This document shows positions 18,269-26,994 of a stretch of DNA of 38,664 nt, one piece after another (position 1 is the stretch's first letter; each line of letters begins with the position of its first letter). The stretch spans positions 1-38,664 of the forward strand of contig CAWAAX010000017.1 in the NCBI GenBank assembly GCA_963780225.1, read 5' to 3'. The notes beneath the pieces were generated by a model. That model worked only from the letters and a program-made list of their open reading frames with translations. It had not been told where the DNA came from and searched no databases. Both the position numbers and the translations under genes were made by a program. The DNA comes from an uncultured bacterium. GTDB taxonomy: Bacteria; Edwardsbacteria; AC1; EtOH8.

Positions 18269-18295
18269 TTTCATTACATTGTTAAAAGTTGGTCT

Positions 18296-18865
18296 ATGTA
18301 TTGCCCCCACTGCGGCACACTAAACGACCCCGCGGCCAAACACTGCACCCAGTGCACCGGCCTTTTGCCCGAGCTTAACAAAAAGAGCCTCTGGCAGCAG
18401 CTCTATCGGCCCGGGCAGGGCCTGGGCTGTCTGCTGATCATCGCGGCCCTGGCCATCAGCAGCCTCTTCATCATCATTCCCCAATACCGGTTGTACAACA
18501 TGCAGGTGAACCTGGCCCGGGAGTCCATCGTCAAGAACAACATGCGGCAGCTGCGGGTGGCCCTGGACCAGATGGCGGTGGAAACCGATTATTACCCGGT
18601 CAGCCTGAAACCCGGCAATTCAGAAGATGAGGAACAGTATTTAAGATATATTTTCGCCGTAACCCGGCAGCTGCGCAACCCCTTTGACCAGCTGGTCCCG
18701 GCGGTGAGCGAATCCGAGATCGAGCCTCCGGACTGGAAGGCCTTCAAGCCCGGACAGATAGTGTATGTGCCGCTGGATGTATATGAGGGCCGGGCTCAAG
18801 GCTGCGCCATATACGGGGTGGGCAAGAAGGGATTGTTGAAAGAAGTGCTGCGGGGCGGGTTTTGA
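18296..18865 (+). CDS. zinc-ribbon membrane protein with pilin-like helical domain
   Basis: MYCPHCG...CTQC, TM, then ARESIVKNNMRQLRVAL...YYP resembling pilin alpha1-C. Confidence 0.6.
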   Translation: MYCPHCGTLNDPAAKHCTQCTGLLPELNKKSLWQQLYRPGQGLGCLLIIAALAISSLFIIIPQYRLYNMQVNLARESIVKNNMRQLRVALDQMAVETDYYPVSLKPGNSEDEEQYLRYIFAVTRQLRNPFDQLVPAVSESEIEPPDWKAFKPGQIVYVPLDVYEGRAQGCAIYGVGKKGLLKEVLRGGF

Positions 18866-19145
18866 TTATTTTCTATCGATGCCATTCCGCCAGAGACGGA
18901 CAGGAAAAAACATCGCTACTAATCATCAACCCCGATAAATCGGGATCCTTTGGTAGGTTTCGTTAGAAACCTTGATGATATCTAGCGATAGCCTTCAGGC
19001 TATCGCTGACCGAGAAGTACTGCGGGGCGGAATTTAAATAGCCACATTTGTTGTAGAGATTTTAGAGATGAACTCAACCCCTTGGTCCCCTTCTCTTGTC
19101 AAGAGAAGGGGCGGGGGATGAGTTTTATGTTTTTTATACCAACTA

Positions 19146-19182
19146 GCAAGAAGCCCCCCGCCTTTGGCGGGGGGCTTCTTGC
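19146..19182. terminator. strong hairpin/terminator after radical SAM gene
   Basis: GCAAGAAGCCCCCCGCC-TTT-GGCGGGGGCTTCTTGC. Confidence 0.7.
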
Positions 19183-20084
19183 TATACAGCCATGCAGTCC
19201 ACAAAACTTTTTACCGCTTGGCCGCAGTTGCTGCCTATTCTGTTCTCCTCCAGGTCTCCTATTGATCTGATCACCAAAAACCCCTGCCCTTCCAACTCCC
19301 GGGCCTTTTCTTCCATCTTACTGTTTATCGCGCCCAAGTCCTCGTTCAGATCCAGACCATTCTCCCTGCCGGTTACGGTGGGGTTGGTGGGGGTCAGCTT
19401 GACCGCAAAATATTTTGGATTGAATTTTCTTCGCAGATCCGCCGCATCCAGTGGCCAACTGGTCTGCAGGGCAAAGTTCAGCGCCGCCTTGCGCTGGCCC
19501 GGACGGTAAAAGTTTTGGCCGTAATCTGCCAGTTGGCTCAAAGACAGCTTGGGGTATGGCATGATCACATCGCGCAAAGCTTCGTCGGTAGAGTTTACCG
19601 AGAACTGCAGTTGGAAATCCCGGAAAAGGTCCCGGACTATCAGCAGTTCGCTGAACCAGCGGCTGGAATCCTTCGGACCGATGGTGGCGATGCAGGGAAT
19701 GACACTGGAATATAGGCTGGATATGTCACGGAGAGCTGTTATCACTTGGTGGTTAAGGGCCGGCTCGCCCATCCGGGCGAACTGAACCTTGAACTTGGCG
19801 CAGGCATTGGGGTCCAGGCCGTTGTCCGCTATCACTCTTTTAACCTGCCCCAGTATTTCTGTTGAACTCAAGTTGCCCCTGAACCCTCCCCCGGCGTCGC
19901 ACATCAGACAGTTCACCGGACAGCCCAGCTGGGTAGAAACGATGATCACCCATTTCTTGCGCCTGTTGCCCAGCGCGGGAGAACAGGCGTCCACGAATTC
20001 AACAAGATTAGCTGGGTCGTTCCGCAGGCTGGCTATGTAGACCCGGGCCAGTTCCTGTTTGCCGGAGATTTGCAGAATATTCAA
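19182..20084 (-). CDS. RlmN/Cfr-related radical SAM protein, short form
   Basis: STQLGCPVNCLMC, RMGEP, QFSVNST, C-terminal GSNCGQ. Confidence 0.88.
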   Translation of the reverse strand: MNILQISGKQELARVYIASLRNDPANLVEFVDACSPALGNRRKKWVIIVSTQLGCPVNCLMCDAGGGFRGNLSSTEILGQVKRVIADNGLDPNACAKFKVQFARMGEPALNHQVITALRDISSLYSSVIPCIATIGPKDSSRWFSELLIVRDLFRDFQLQFSVNSTDEALRDVIMPYPKLSLSQLADYGQNFYRPGQRKAALNFALQTSWPLDAADLRRKFNPKYFAVKLTPTNPTVTGRENGLDLNEDLGAINSKMEEKARELEGQGFLVIRSIGDLEENRIGSNCGQAVKSFVDCMAV

Positions 20085-20086
20085 TT

Positions 20087-20959
20087 TTATATTTTCATCC
20101 TTTTTAGATGATCTTCAGCCAGCATGGCAGCCTTAACCCCGTTGCCAAAGGCAATGGCCGCTTGCTTATTATTCTTGTTCACCAGATCCCCGGCCAAAAA
20201 CATTCCTTCATTCATGCGCTTTTTTGCTTGATCAGAGATAATCGTTCTTGGTACAGACGACCCTATGGCCACCACGGTCCGGTCGCATTTGAATTCCCTG
20301 TTTCCTGAACAATGAAGAACCAGCTCCGGCCCCTTCAGGGAGATCCGTTCTATTGCAAAACAATATTTTATCTTCACTCCCGGACCTTCCGCCATTTTGA
20401 TCAAACCCGGATAGGCTTTCACTTTGCTGCCTCTGACCAGCACCGTGACCTTGGCTCCCTTGTCAGCCAGACTGCAGGCCTGGTCCAGCGCCACCTCACC
20501 GCCGCCGATAACTGCTATGCTCTTGTCTTTCAGAGATACAGAAAGATCGTCCCAGTAATAGACCAAGCGCTGTTGTTCAAAGGCTTCCCCGGCGCCCGGG
20601 ACGATGAGTTTCTTCGGCTCCAAACCTCCGGCCAGGATCACCGCCCGGGAATTGTAGTTGAGGCCGTTGATCAAAGAGACAAATACCCCGTTCTTATGGT
20701 CTATTGACTGGCAAGTGCCTTGGATGATGGTGACATCGCTGGCCTTAAGCTGTTTCACCAGTCCCCGGACGATTGTTTTCCCGGAACTACCTTTCGGCCC
20801 GACCAGAGGAAAGTTCTTCACCAGAAAGGCGTGGTTAAGCCGGCCGCCCAAAGCGCCCTTTTCGGCCAGCAACACTTTGCGCCCCTCGCGCCCGGCCTGC
20901 AGGGCCGCGCCGATCCCGGCCGGCCCCCCGCCGATGATGATGAGATCATATAGTTTCAT
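20087..20959 (-). CDS. thioredoxin-reductase-like FAD/NAD(P) oxidoreductase lacking CxxC
   Basis: IIGGGPAG, VIGGGEVA, FLAGD; LVYYWDD in place of the redox CxxC. Confidence 0.85.
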   Translation of the reverse strand: MKLYDLIIIGGGPAGIGAALQAGREGRKVLLAEKGALGGRLNHAFLVKNFPLVGPKGSSGKTIVRGLVKQLKASDVTIIQGTCQSIDHKNGVFVSLINGLNYNSRAVILAGGLEPKKLIVPGAGEAFEQQRLVYYWDDLSVSLKDKSIAVIGGGEVALDQACSLADKGAKVTVLVRGSKVKAYPGLIKMAEGPGVKIKYCFAIERISLKGPELVLHCSGNREFKCDRTVVAIGSSVPRTIISDQAKKRMNEGMFLAGDLVNKNNKQAAIAFGNGVKAAMLAEDHLKRMKI

Positions 20960-21579
20960 GCTGTTAACTTTACCACAGAAACACTGAATGACGAAAACAC
21001 GGAATTACTTTCTTTAATATAATCTGCGGATAGATTCCCGGTTGTGATCTCCATCGTGCTTATTGTCTTCGCAAAGCCGTGCCCCAGCGCCAGCAGGGCC
21101 GCCCGGTGCAGGGCATCACTCTTGGAACAGCAGGCATCCCGGACGATCACCGGCTTAAACCCCAGCATAAAGGCGTGGCGGGCGGTGGTATCCACGCAAA
21201 GATGGGTCATGGCCCCGCAAAGCACCACCCGGCCAACGCCCCGCTTTTTCAGATACTTTTCCAGCCCTGTTCCAATGAAGGCCGAGTAATGCTGTTTGTG
21301 AATGATCTTTACCTTGCCCGGAACCTTCAAGTCTTGGTGAAGTTCACACTGCCTGCCTTTGGGCAAATGGCGCCATTTGGCAAGCATCAGGTTCCCGGGA
21401 CTGTACGACGGCCCGTGTATGGTAAACACCACCGTCCAATCCTGACCTTTAGCCAAAGCAATAAGCTTGTTCACCCGCGGCAGAATCCTCTTGGACGCCG
21501 GGAGATACGCCGGCGAAGCCGGATCGAAGAAATAATTCTGGCAGTCTATTACCAGCAGGGCTGTTTTTAGTTGTTTCAC
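20956..21579 (-). CDS. isochorismatase/cysteine hydrolase family protein
   Basis: VIDCQNYF, HKQHYSAF, THLCVDTTAR (Asp-Lys-Cys triad); GTG start behind AGGAG. Confidence 0.9.
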   Translation of the reverse strand: MKQLKTALLVIDCQNYFFDPASPAYLPASKRILPRVNKLIALAKGQDWTVVFTIHGPSYSPGNLMLAKWRHLPKGRQCELHQDLKVPGKVKIIHKQHYSAFIGTGLEKYLKKRGVGRVVLCGAMTHLCVDTTARHAFMLGFKPVIVRDACCSKSDALHRAALLALGHGFAKTISTMEITTGNLSADYIKESNSVFSSFSVSVVKLTA

Positions 21580-21592
21580 AAGAACTCCTATA

Positions 21593-21699
21593 GCCACCAA
21601 GCGGTGCACTGAGTTTATCGAAGTGACACAAAGGCACCAAACCAAATCGTGAATCGTAAATTGTGAATGGTAATATTTGTGTCTTTGTGCCTTAGTGGC
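21593..21699. repeat. composite nested palindromic element
   Basis: Outer GCCACCAAG..ACACAAAGGCAC / GTGTCTTTGTGCCTTAGTGGC arms, internal heptamer run and 24-nt TGAG/CGAA insert. Confidence 0.8.
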
Positions 21700-21777
21700 G
21701 GAATAAACGAAGCCACCCACACCGGAAGCTCCGGTCTGGGTGGCTTTTTTCAAAACCTTATTGCATGACCAACTTTA

Positions 21778-21807
21778 ATTATATATCAGCGATGCGCCCG
21801 GTGTCAA
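21778..21807 (-). promoter_or_regulatory. sigma70 promoter of hydrolase-flavoprotein-radical SAM operon
   Basis: TTGACA-N18-TATAAT. Confidence 0.65.
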
Positions 21808-21808
21808 G

Positions 21809-22384
21809 CTATTTGGGCATGTTGAAACTGATATCCGGCGCTTTCTTCTCGGCCTCGGCCACCTTGTACATCTCGCGCTCCATGTAGCCCATCATGTTGG
21901 CCACGATCATGTCCGGGAACTGGCGGATCCGGGTATTGAAGATGGCCACCGACTCGTTGTAGAACTCCCGGCGGTCGGCGATCTGGTTCTCCAGCGCGGT
22001 CACCCGGCCCTGCAGGTGGACGAAGTTCTGGTCGGCCTTAAGCTGGGGATAGTTCTCGGCCACCGCGAACAGGGTCTTCAGCGCTCCGGCCATATCCGAA
22101 CTGGCCTGGGCCATGCCGGCCGGGGTCTTGGCTTCCATGAACTTGGTGCGGGCCTCGGTCACCTTCTGCAGGGTTTCCTTTTCGTACTGCATGTAGCCTT
22201 CGCAGATCTTGACCAGCTTGGGGATCTCGTCAAAGCGCTGTTTCTCCATCACCTCGATGTTTCCCCAGGCCTTGTCGATGTTGACCTTCACCTGGATCAG
22301 CTGGTTGTAGATGCTGATCAGGTAACCGATCACGCCCACCAGCAGCAGTCCGATGATGACCAGCAGCAGGAACACAACTATCAT
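21809..22384 (-). CDS. lemA: LemA family protein
   Basis: N-terminal TM, YNQL, AVAENYPQLKADQNF, ENQIADRREFYN, QFPD. Confidence 0.95.
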   Translation of the reverse strand: MIVVFLLLVIIGLLLVGVIGYLISIYNQLIQVKVNIDKAWGNIEVMEKQRFDEIPKLVKICEGYMQYEKETLQKVTEARTKFMEAKTPAGMAQASSDMAGALKTLFAVAENYPQLKADQNFVHLQGRVTALENQIADRREFYNESVAIFNTRIRQFPDMIVANMMGYMEREMYKVAEAEKKAPDISFNMPK

Positions 22385-22440
22385 TTTGGTCTCCTTAATA
22401 AAGGTTTATATTTTCAAATGCCTTTGGATCTATGAAATGA

Positions 22441-23460
22441 TCAATGAACGATATTCTTCAGCAGCAGGTAGGCCATCCAGACTATCAATCCGCCGCCGGA
22501 GACAAAGGAAAGCCCTGCCTGTATTGTTTTGTTCTTTATCACCTGGCGTTCGTCCTGGTCGGAGATGATCATGATGTTGTTGGACGGGTCCCGGCTGATC
22601 ACCACGTCATCCTCCATCTGCTGGGGCTTTTCCAGCTGTTCCTTTAGCAGGTCCTGCTCGGCCTGCTGGCGGGCCATCTCCCACTCGTCACAGTCTATCT
22701 GGCCGTTGCCGTCCAGGTCAAACTTCTTCAGCCGCTCCTTGTCCTCCTTGATGGCCTTCAGCTTCTCCGCCACCTTGAACTTGTGGTCGTCAAAGGCGCT
22801 CTTCCATTTTTTGATGGTGCCGATGGCGTAAACGGTGTCGTTGGGGACTATGTACCATTCGGTGTAGCGCATCCTCTGGCCGCCGAAGATCGATGGCGTG
22901 CTGTAGGTGCGGGCCTTTCCGCTGGAGATGATGTCGGTGCCGGTGTACTTGTAATCCGAGGACAGGTGCAGCTCGGCGTCCACCGGATCCACCAGTATCT
23001 TTCCGGTCTCGTCCTCCACGTAGAAGAAATGGGTGGAACTGCCCTCGTTGACCACCTTCCAGCGGCTGTTCTTGCCCTCCTGCTCGTATTTTTCCACCAG
23101 GAATTTGTAATAGAGGCAATCGGTGAAGGTCAGCGGGCTTTTCAGCCAGACATAGGGCGCCGCCTTGCCCTGGACCTCGGCCAGCCCCATGGCGGCCGAG
23201 CGGGCCTTGGAGCGGGGGATGTTCTCCATCAGGTTCTTCTGCCTCAGCAGTTCAAAACCCAAAGTAAAGACCAGAACTCCCAGCGCCAGCCCCAGCAGGG
23301 GAAGCACCACCGAAAAAAAGGAATAGGCCCCGTAAATTCCGTTTCCCCTCATTACGAACGAAACAAGCATGTACAGGCCGAATCCCAGAAAGGCAAAGAC
23401 CTGGGAGGCCTGTTTGCGGTTGTCGCGGAAGTACATGGATATTCTTTGAAGCGGATGCAT
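22441..23460 (-). CDS. GIDE-domain-like membrane protein with EF-hand-like loop
   Basis: IPRSKARSAAMGLAEVQG, FYVEDETGKILVDP, RYTEW, DLDGNGQIDCDE; adjacent to lemA. Confidence 0.75.
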   Translation of the reverse strand: MHPLQRISMYFRDNRKQASQVFAFLGFGLYMLVSFVMRGNGIYGAYSFFSVVLPLLGLALGVLVFTLGFELLRQKNLMENIPRSKARSAAMGLAEVQGKAAPYVWLKSPLTFTDCLYYKFLVEKYEQEGKNSRWKVVNEGSSTHFFYVEDETGKILVDPVDAELHLSSDYKYTGTDIISSGKARTYSTPSIFGGQRMRYTEWYIVPNDTVYAIGTIKKWKSAFDDHKFKVAEKLKAIKEDKERLKKFDLDGNGQIDCDEWEMARQQAEQDLLKEQLEKPQQMEDDVVISRDPSNNIMIISDQDERQVIKNKTIQAGLSFVSGGGLIVWMAYLLLKNIVH

Positions 23461-23550
23461 GCGATAGGGATCAGCTGATTGGGATTTGATTGTTGGGATT
23501 TGATCTCAAGGGGAACACTGAACTGTAAACGGTAAACTTGCGAACTTTGT

Positions 23551-23952
23551 TTAATGGCTCTGGGAGAGTTCCAGCAGCACGCCCTTGGTTGACTTGGGGT
23601 GCAGGAAGGCTATCTTGTGGCCGCCGGCGCCGATCCGCGGGGTCTTGTCTATCAACTGGTATCCCTTGGCGCTTAGCTCTTCCAATGCTTTTTCAATGTT
23701 GTCCACTTTCACCGCCAGGTGATGGATGCCCTCGCCCTTGGCTTCGATGAACTTGGCGATGTTGCCATCCGGGGCAGTGGATTCCAAAAGCTCGATCCGG
23801 CTCTGTCCGATGCCGATGAAGGCCACTTTCACCTTTTGGCTCTCGACAATCTCTGTGCCTTCGATCTTCAGGCCCAGGTCGGTGTAGAGTTTGGCGGCTT
23901 CTTCAATGTTCTTGACCGCGATGCCGATGTGGTCGATCTGTGATGTTTGCAT
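23551..23952 (-). CDS. mce: methylmalonyl-CoA epimerase
   Basis: [35 protein letters not shown]. Confidence 0.95.
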   Translation of the reverse strand: MQTSQIDHIGIAVKNIEEAAKLYTDLGLKIEGTEIVESQKVKVAFIGIGQSRIELLESTAPDGNIAKFIEAKGEGIHHLAVKVDNIEKALEELSAKGYQLIDKTPRIGAGGHKIAFLHPKSTKGVLLELSQSH

Positions 23953-23986
23953 TAACATTATCCTTATTAATAAATATTATATTGTT

Positions 23987-24286
23987 TCACTTGCATTCTA
24001 TTCCGAATCCACTACCTGCAATATATTTACCACAAAAAGGACAATAATATATATGCCAAAAGCCATCAATAAACCATGCAGTTTCATCTATGCTTTTATA
24101 CTGATCATATGCATAAATAATTTGTTGACTATCTACAGCTTCTCTAAATCTAGTGCAACAATATTTTGCCTTGCGTTTCTTGACCCTTAATAAATATTTC
24201 TTATGGTTACCAAGAATTAATGCATCTGATGTTTGTTTCTTTATAAAATCAAAGTGAACGCCAGTATAAGGTTTATTCTTTTTCAT
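23987..24286 (-). CDS. small AT-rich Cys-containing hypothetical protein
   Basis: YCCTRF...IYYCPFCGK. Confidence 0.6.
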   Translation of the reverse strand: MKKNKPYTGVHFDFIKKQTSDALILGNHKKYLLRVKKRKAKYCCTRFREAVDSQQIIYAYDQYKSIDETAWFIDGFWHIYYCPFCGKYIAGSGFGIECK

Positions 24287-24308
24287 CTCATGACTGCCTC
24301 GTACGCGT

Positions 24309-26933
24309 TTATGAATTAGTTATTACAACTGTTCCCGCATCCCCGTCCACCATAATTATGTCCCCGTCCTTTATCATAGTGGTCGCCCCTTTGACCCCCA
24401 CCACCGCCGGGATCCCATACTCCCTGGCCACAATGGCTCCGTGACAGATGCTTCCGCCCACTTCCATCACCAATGCCTTGGAAAGTAGGAACAGCGGAGC
24501 CCAGCCCGGCTCGGTGAACGGCGCCACCAGGATCTCGCCTTTCCGGAATATGTGGGCCTGCGAAGGGTCCCGGATGATCCGGGCAATGCCTGTGACCCGG
24601 CCGCCCGAGGCCGCCACGCCCTTTAATATTTTACCCTCTTTTGCCGGGGTTGTCAATCCAAATACCTTTATTCCGTCGCTGCGGATTATGAACTCGCCCG
24701 GGCTGTCCGCCTGCTTCTGCCAGCTGGCCTTGCACCCGGCTATCAATTCTCTCATTTGGGCGGCATCCAGCGCCCGGCCCCTCTCCTGCCGCTCGATCTC
24801 CGGAATGGTCAGGAAAAATATGTCCTCCGGTTCTGCGATCAGCCCGGCCTGCAGGTAGCGCCGGCCGATCTCGGCGATTATCCGGCGGCTTCCGGGAAAC
24901 ACCTTGACCCCGTAGAATTTCTCGTTCTCCCGCCAGGGCAGAAAATCGTGCACCATCTTAAGCGCCCAGTCAAACACCCGGCGCTTGAAAGGGGACAGCC
25001 GGGAGCGGATCTCCGCCTCCAGCGCCAGCCGCCCGGCCACCGCCCGTTGGAACTGCTCCAGGGGATTTTGGTCTTCCGGACCCAGGCCCATGTAACCCTT
25101 GAGCATGGCGAAGATGTAGGTGGGATCCTCCTTCCAGCTGGGGTGGCCCGCATCCAGGTCTTTTGATCCCCGGTGGCCGTATTCATCCAGAAAGGCGGCG
25201 GTCTTTTTCAGAAACTCCCGGCCGGCCTGGCTTTGGTCAAGTTCCCGGCGGACTTTATGCACGTCCTGAATATTAACGAACTCGGACCGGGCAAAGATCT
25301 TTTTTACTTCTTCCGGGGCCAGAGAAAGCTTGAATAATTCCAGGGCCGTCTCGGTGGTCTTGTTGCCCGGGATCCCGGCCAGCAGACCGCCGCTTTTCAG
25401 GTCCGAATATTTTTTTATCAGTTGGCCTATCACTGCCAGCCCAAGAATGGACTTGCTGGCCACCACCAACAGGGGAAAGGCGAACCGGGAGATAATGCCG
25501 GCATAGCGCCGGGCTTCGGCCAGCATCTGCTCAATGGTCATCTTCTCCAGGGGAAGCTCCACATAATCCCGCACCTGGACCAGGAACCTTTGACAGCTTT
25601 TTTCTATCCAGCGGGGCGAGGCCAGCCAGGGAAAGGAGATGAAGGTTACAAAGCCCTTTATAAGCGGGAGGATCAACTGATGCCGGGGCAGCGGTATCTT
25701 GACCGGGACAAATTCACCGCGCTTTTGCAGTTCGGAAAAAGCCGTGGCCGCTTCCTGGTCCAGCTTGTCCAGGTGCGGCATGATCATCCTCCCGGCAATG
25801 GGGTGCCCGGCCAGCATCGACATGTTCCAGTAGGCCCGGCCGTTTACCAGATCAACGAACTGGCTGTATTGAGACAGGACCGAGCCGGGCTTGGCCCCGA
25901 ACAGCACGTTCCCGATCACCGGAACCAGCAGGTCGTTGAAGAACGACCAGGCCAGGGGTTTTAGGGGATAGGCCATGTTCTCCCGGGTGTTCCAGTTGGA
26001 CCAGAAGATGACCCGGCCCTGCGCCAGCTTTTGGTTGACCGGGTTGCCCCACTGCACATCCGGCATGGCCGGCGGGGCCGAGACCGCAGTGACGGGGCGG
26101 GACTGCAGAAACCAGAACTGTTTTCCGTCATGGGCCCATTCTATGTCCTGGGGAGAGCCGAAGAGAGTTTCGATCTGCCGGGCCAGGCCGGCCAGCTCTT
26201 TGATCTGTTCCCCGGTCAACACGGAAGCATTGCCGGACAAGCGCTGGGTGGTCTGGCCGTCTGTTTTGTCAATTGAATACTCGTCCGGTGTGATCAGCCC
26301 CGAGACCAATTTGTCGCCCAGGCCTTTGGCGGCGTTGACCAGCATCCGGTCGCTCCGGCCGCTGACCGGGTCGGCGGTGAATATCACCCCTGCGTTTTGG
26401 GCCTTGACCATCAGCTGGACCAGCACCGCCATGCCGGCCCCGGCGTCTTCTATTCCGCCGGCCTGACGGTAAGCCGCCGCCCTGTCTGACCAGAGAGAGG
26501 CCCAGCACTTTTTAACGGCCTCCAGCACCCCGGACTCGGTTGTTACCCCAAGCAATGTATCGTGCTGGCCGGCAAAGGAATGTTTTGGCAGGTCTTCGCA
26601 GGTGGCCGAAGAACGCACGGCCAGGGACCGTTCCGCCGGGCTCTGCTTTGCCAGCCCCGACAGGCCAAGGGATATCTCATTGTGAACGGATGCGGGGAAA
26701 GGGGAATTCAGGATCTTGCCCCCGATGGCCGGCCCGGCTTCCTCTGGGTTGACGGAAGCGGTCAGTTCCTTGACCCCGTTTTCCGCCATGAACCTGTCAT
26801 AGGCTGCGGTGGAGATGCAAAAAAACGGGGGGACTTTGAAGCCCGCCCGGAGCAACCGCTGCAGGCTGGCGCCTTTCCCCCCGGCTGTGGCAAGAGTCCA
26901 CTCTTGATTGTTATGTAGAATATATTCCGGCAC
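24309..26933 (-). CDS. PEP-utilising phosphotransferase with rifampin-phosphotransferase-like domain order
   Basis: GGKGASL, AVRSSATCED, SFAGQ, LQSRPVT, large central domain, C-terminal CHGAIVAREYGIPAV phospho-His swivel. Confidence 0.85.
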   Translation of the reverse strand: MPEYILHNNQEWTLATAGGKGASLQRLLRAGFKVPPFFCISTAAYDRFMAENGVKELTASVNPEEAGPAIGGKILNSPFPASVHNEISLGLSGLAKQSPAERSLAVRSSATCEDLPKHSFAGQHDTLLGVTTESGVLEAVKKCWASLWSDRAAAYRQAGGIEDAGAGMAVLVQLMVKAQNAGVIFTADPVSGRSDRMLVNAAKGLGDKLVSGLITPDEYSIDKTDGQTTQRLSGNASVLTGEQIKELAGLARQIETLFGSPQDIEWAHDGKQFWFLQSRPVTAVSAPPAMPDVQWGNPVNQKLAQGRVIFWSNWNTRENMAYPLKPLAWSFFNDLLVPVIGNVLFGAKPGSVLSQYSQFVDLVNGRAYWNMSMLAGHPIAGRMIMPHLDKLDQEAATAFSELQKRGEFVPVKIPLPRHQLILPLIKGFVTFISFPWLASPRWIEKSCQRFLVQVRDYVELPLEKMTIEQMLAEARRYAGIISRFAFPLLVVASKSILGLAVIGQLIKKYSDLKSGGLLAGIPGNKTTETALELFKLSLAPEEVKKIFARSEFVNIQDVHKVRRELDQSQAGREFLKKTAAFLDEYGHRGSKDLDAGHPSWKEDPTYIFAMLKGYMGLGPEDQNPLEQFQRAVAGRLALEAEIRSRLSPFKRRVFDWALKMVHDFLPWRENEKFYGVKVFPGSRRIIAEIGRRYLQAGLIAEPEDIFFLTIPEIERQERGRALDAAQMRELIAGCKASWQKQADSPGEFIIRSDGIKVFGLTTPAKEGKILKGVAASGGRVTGIARIIRDPSQAHIFRKGEILVAPFTEPGWAPLFLLSKALVMEVGGSICHGAIVAREYGIPAVVGVKGATTMIKDGDIIMVDGDAGTVVITNS

Positions 26934-26994
26934 GGCACATAGTCCCGTTAATGCTGATTAAATCTGCGGATGAGTTTTTCGTCTTTGCCCGTCA

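Noticed and set aside
19182..20084. Calling the radical SAM gene rlmN or cfr
   Set aside because: Lacks the N-terminal domain and the C118-equivalent cysteine
21580..21753. N-terminal extension of the isochorismatase ORF
   Set aside because: Runs through nested repeats; a GTG with AGGAG at 21579 matches the family start
24309..26933. Calling the gene ppsA or a confirmed rifampin-resistance gene
   Set aside because: Domain order differs from PpsA; substrate-pocket conservation cannot be judged by eye
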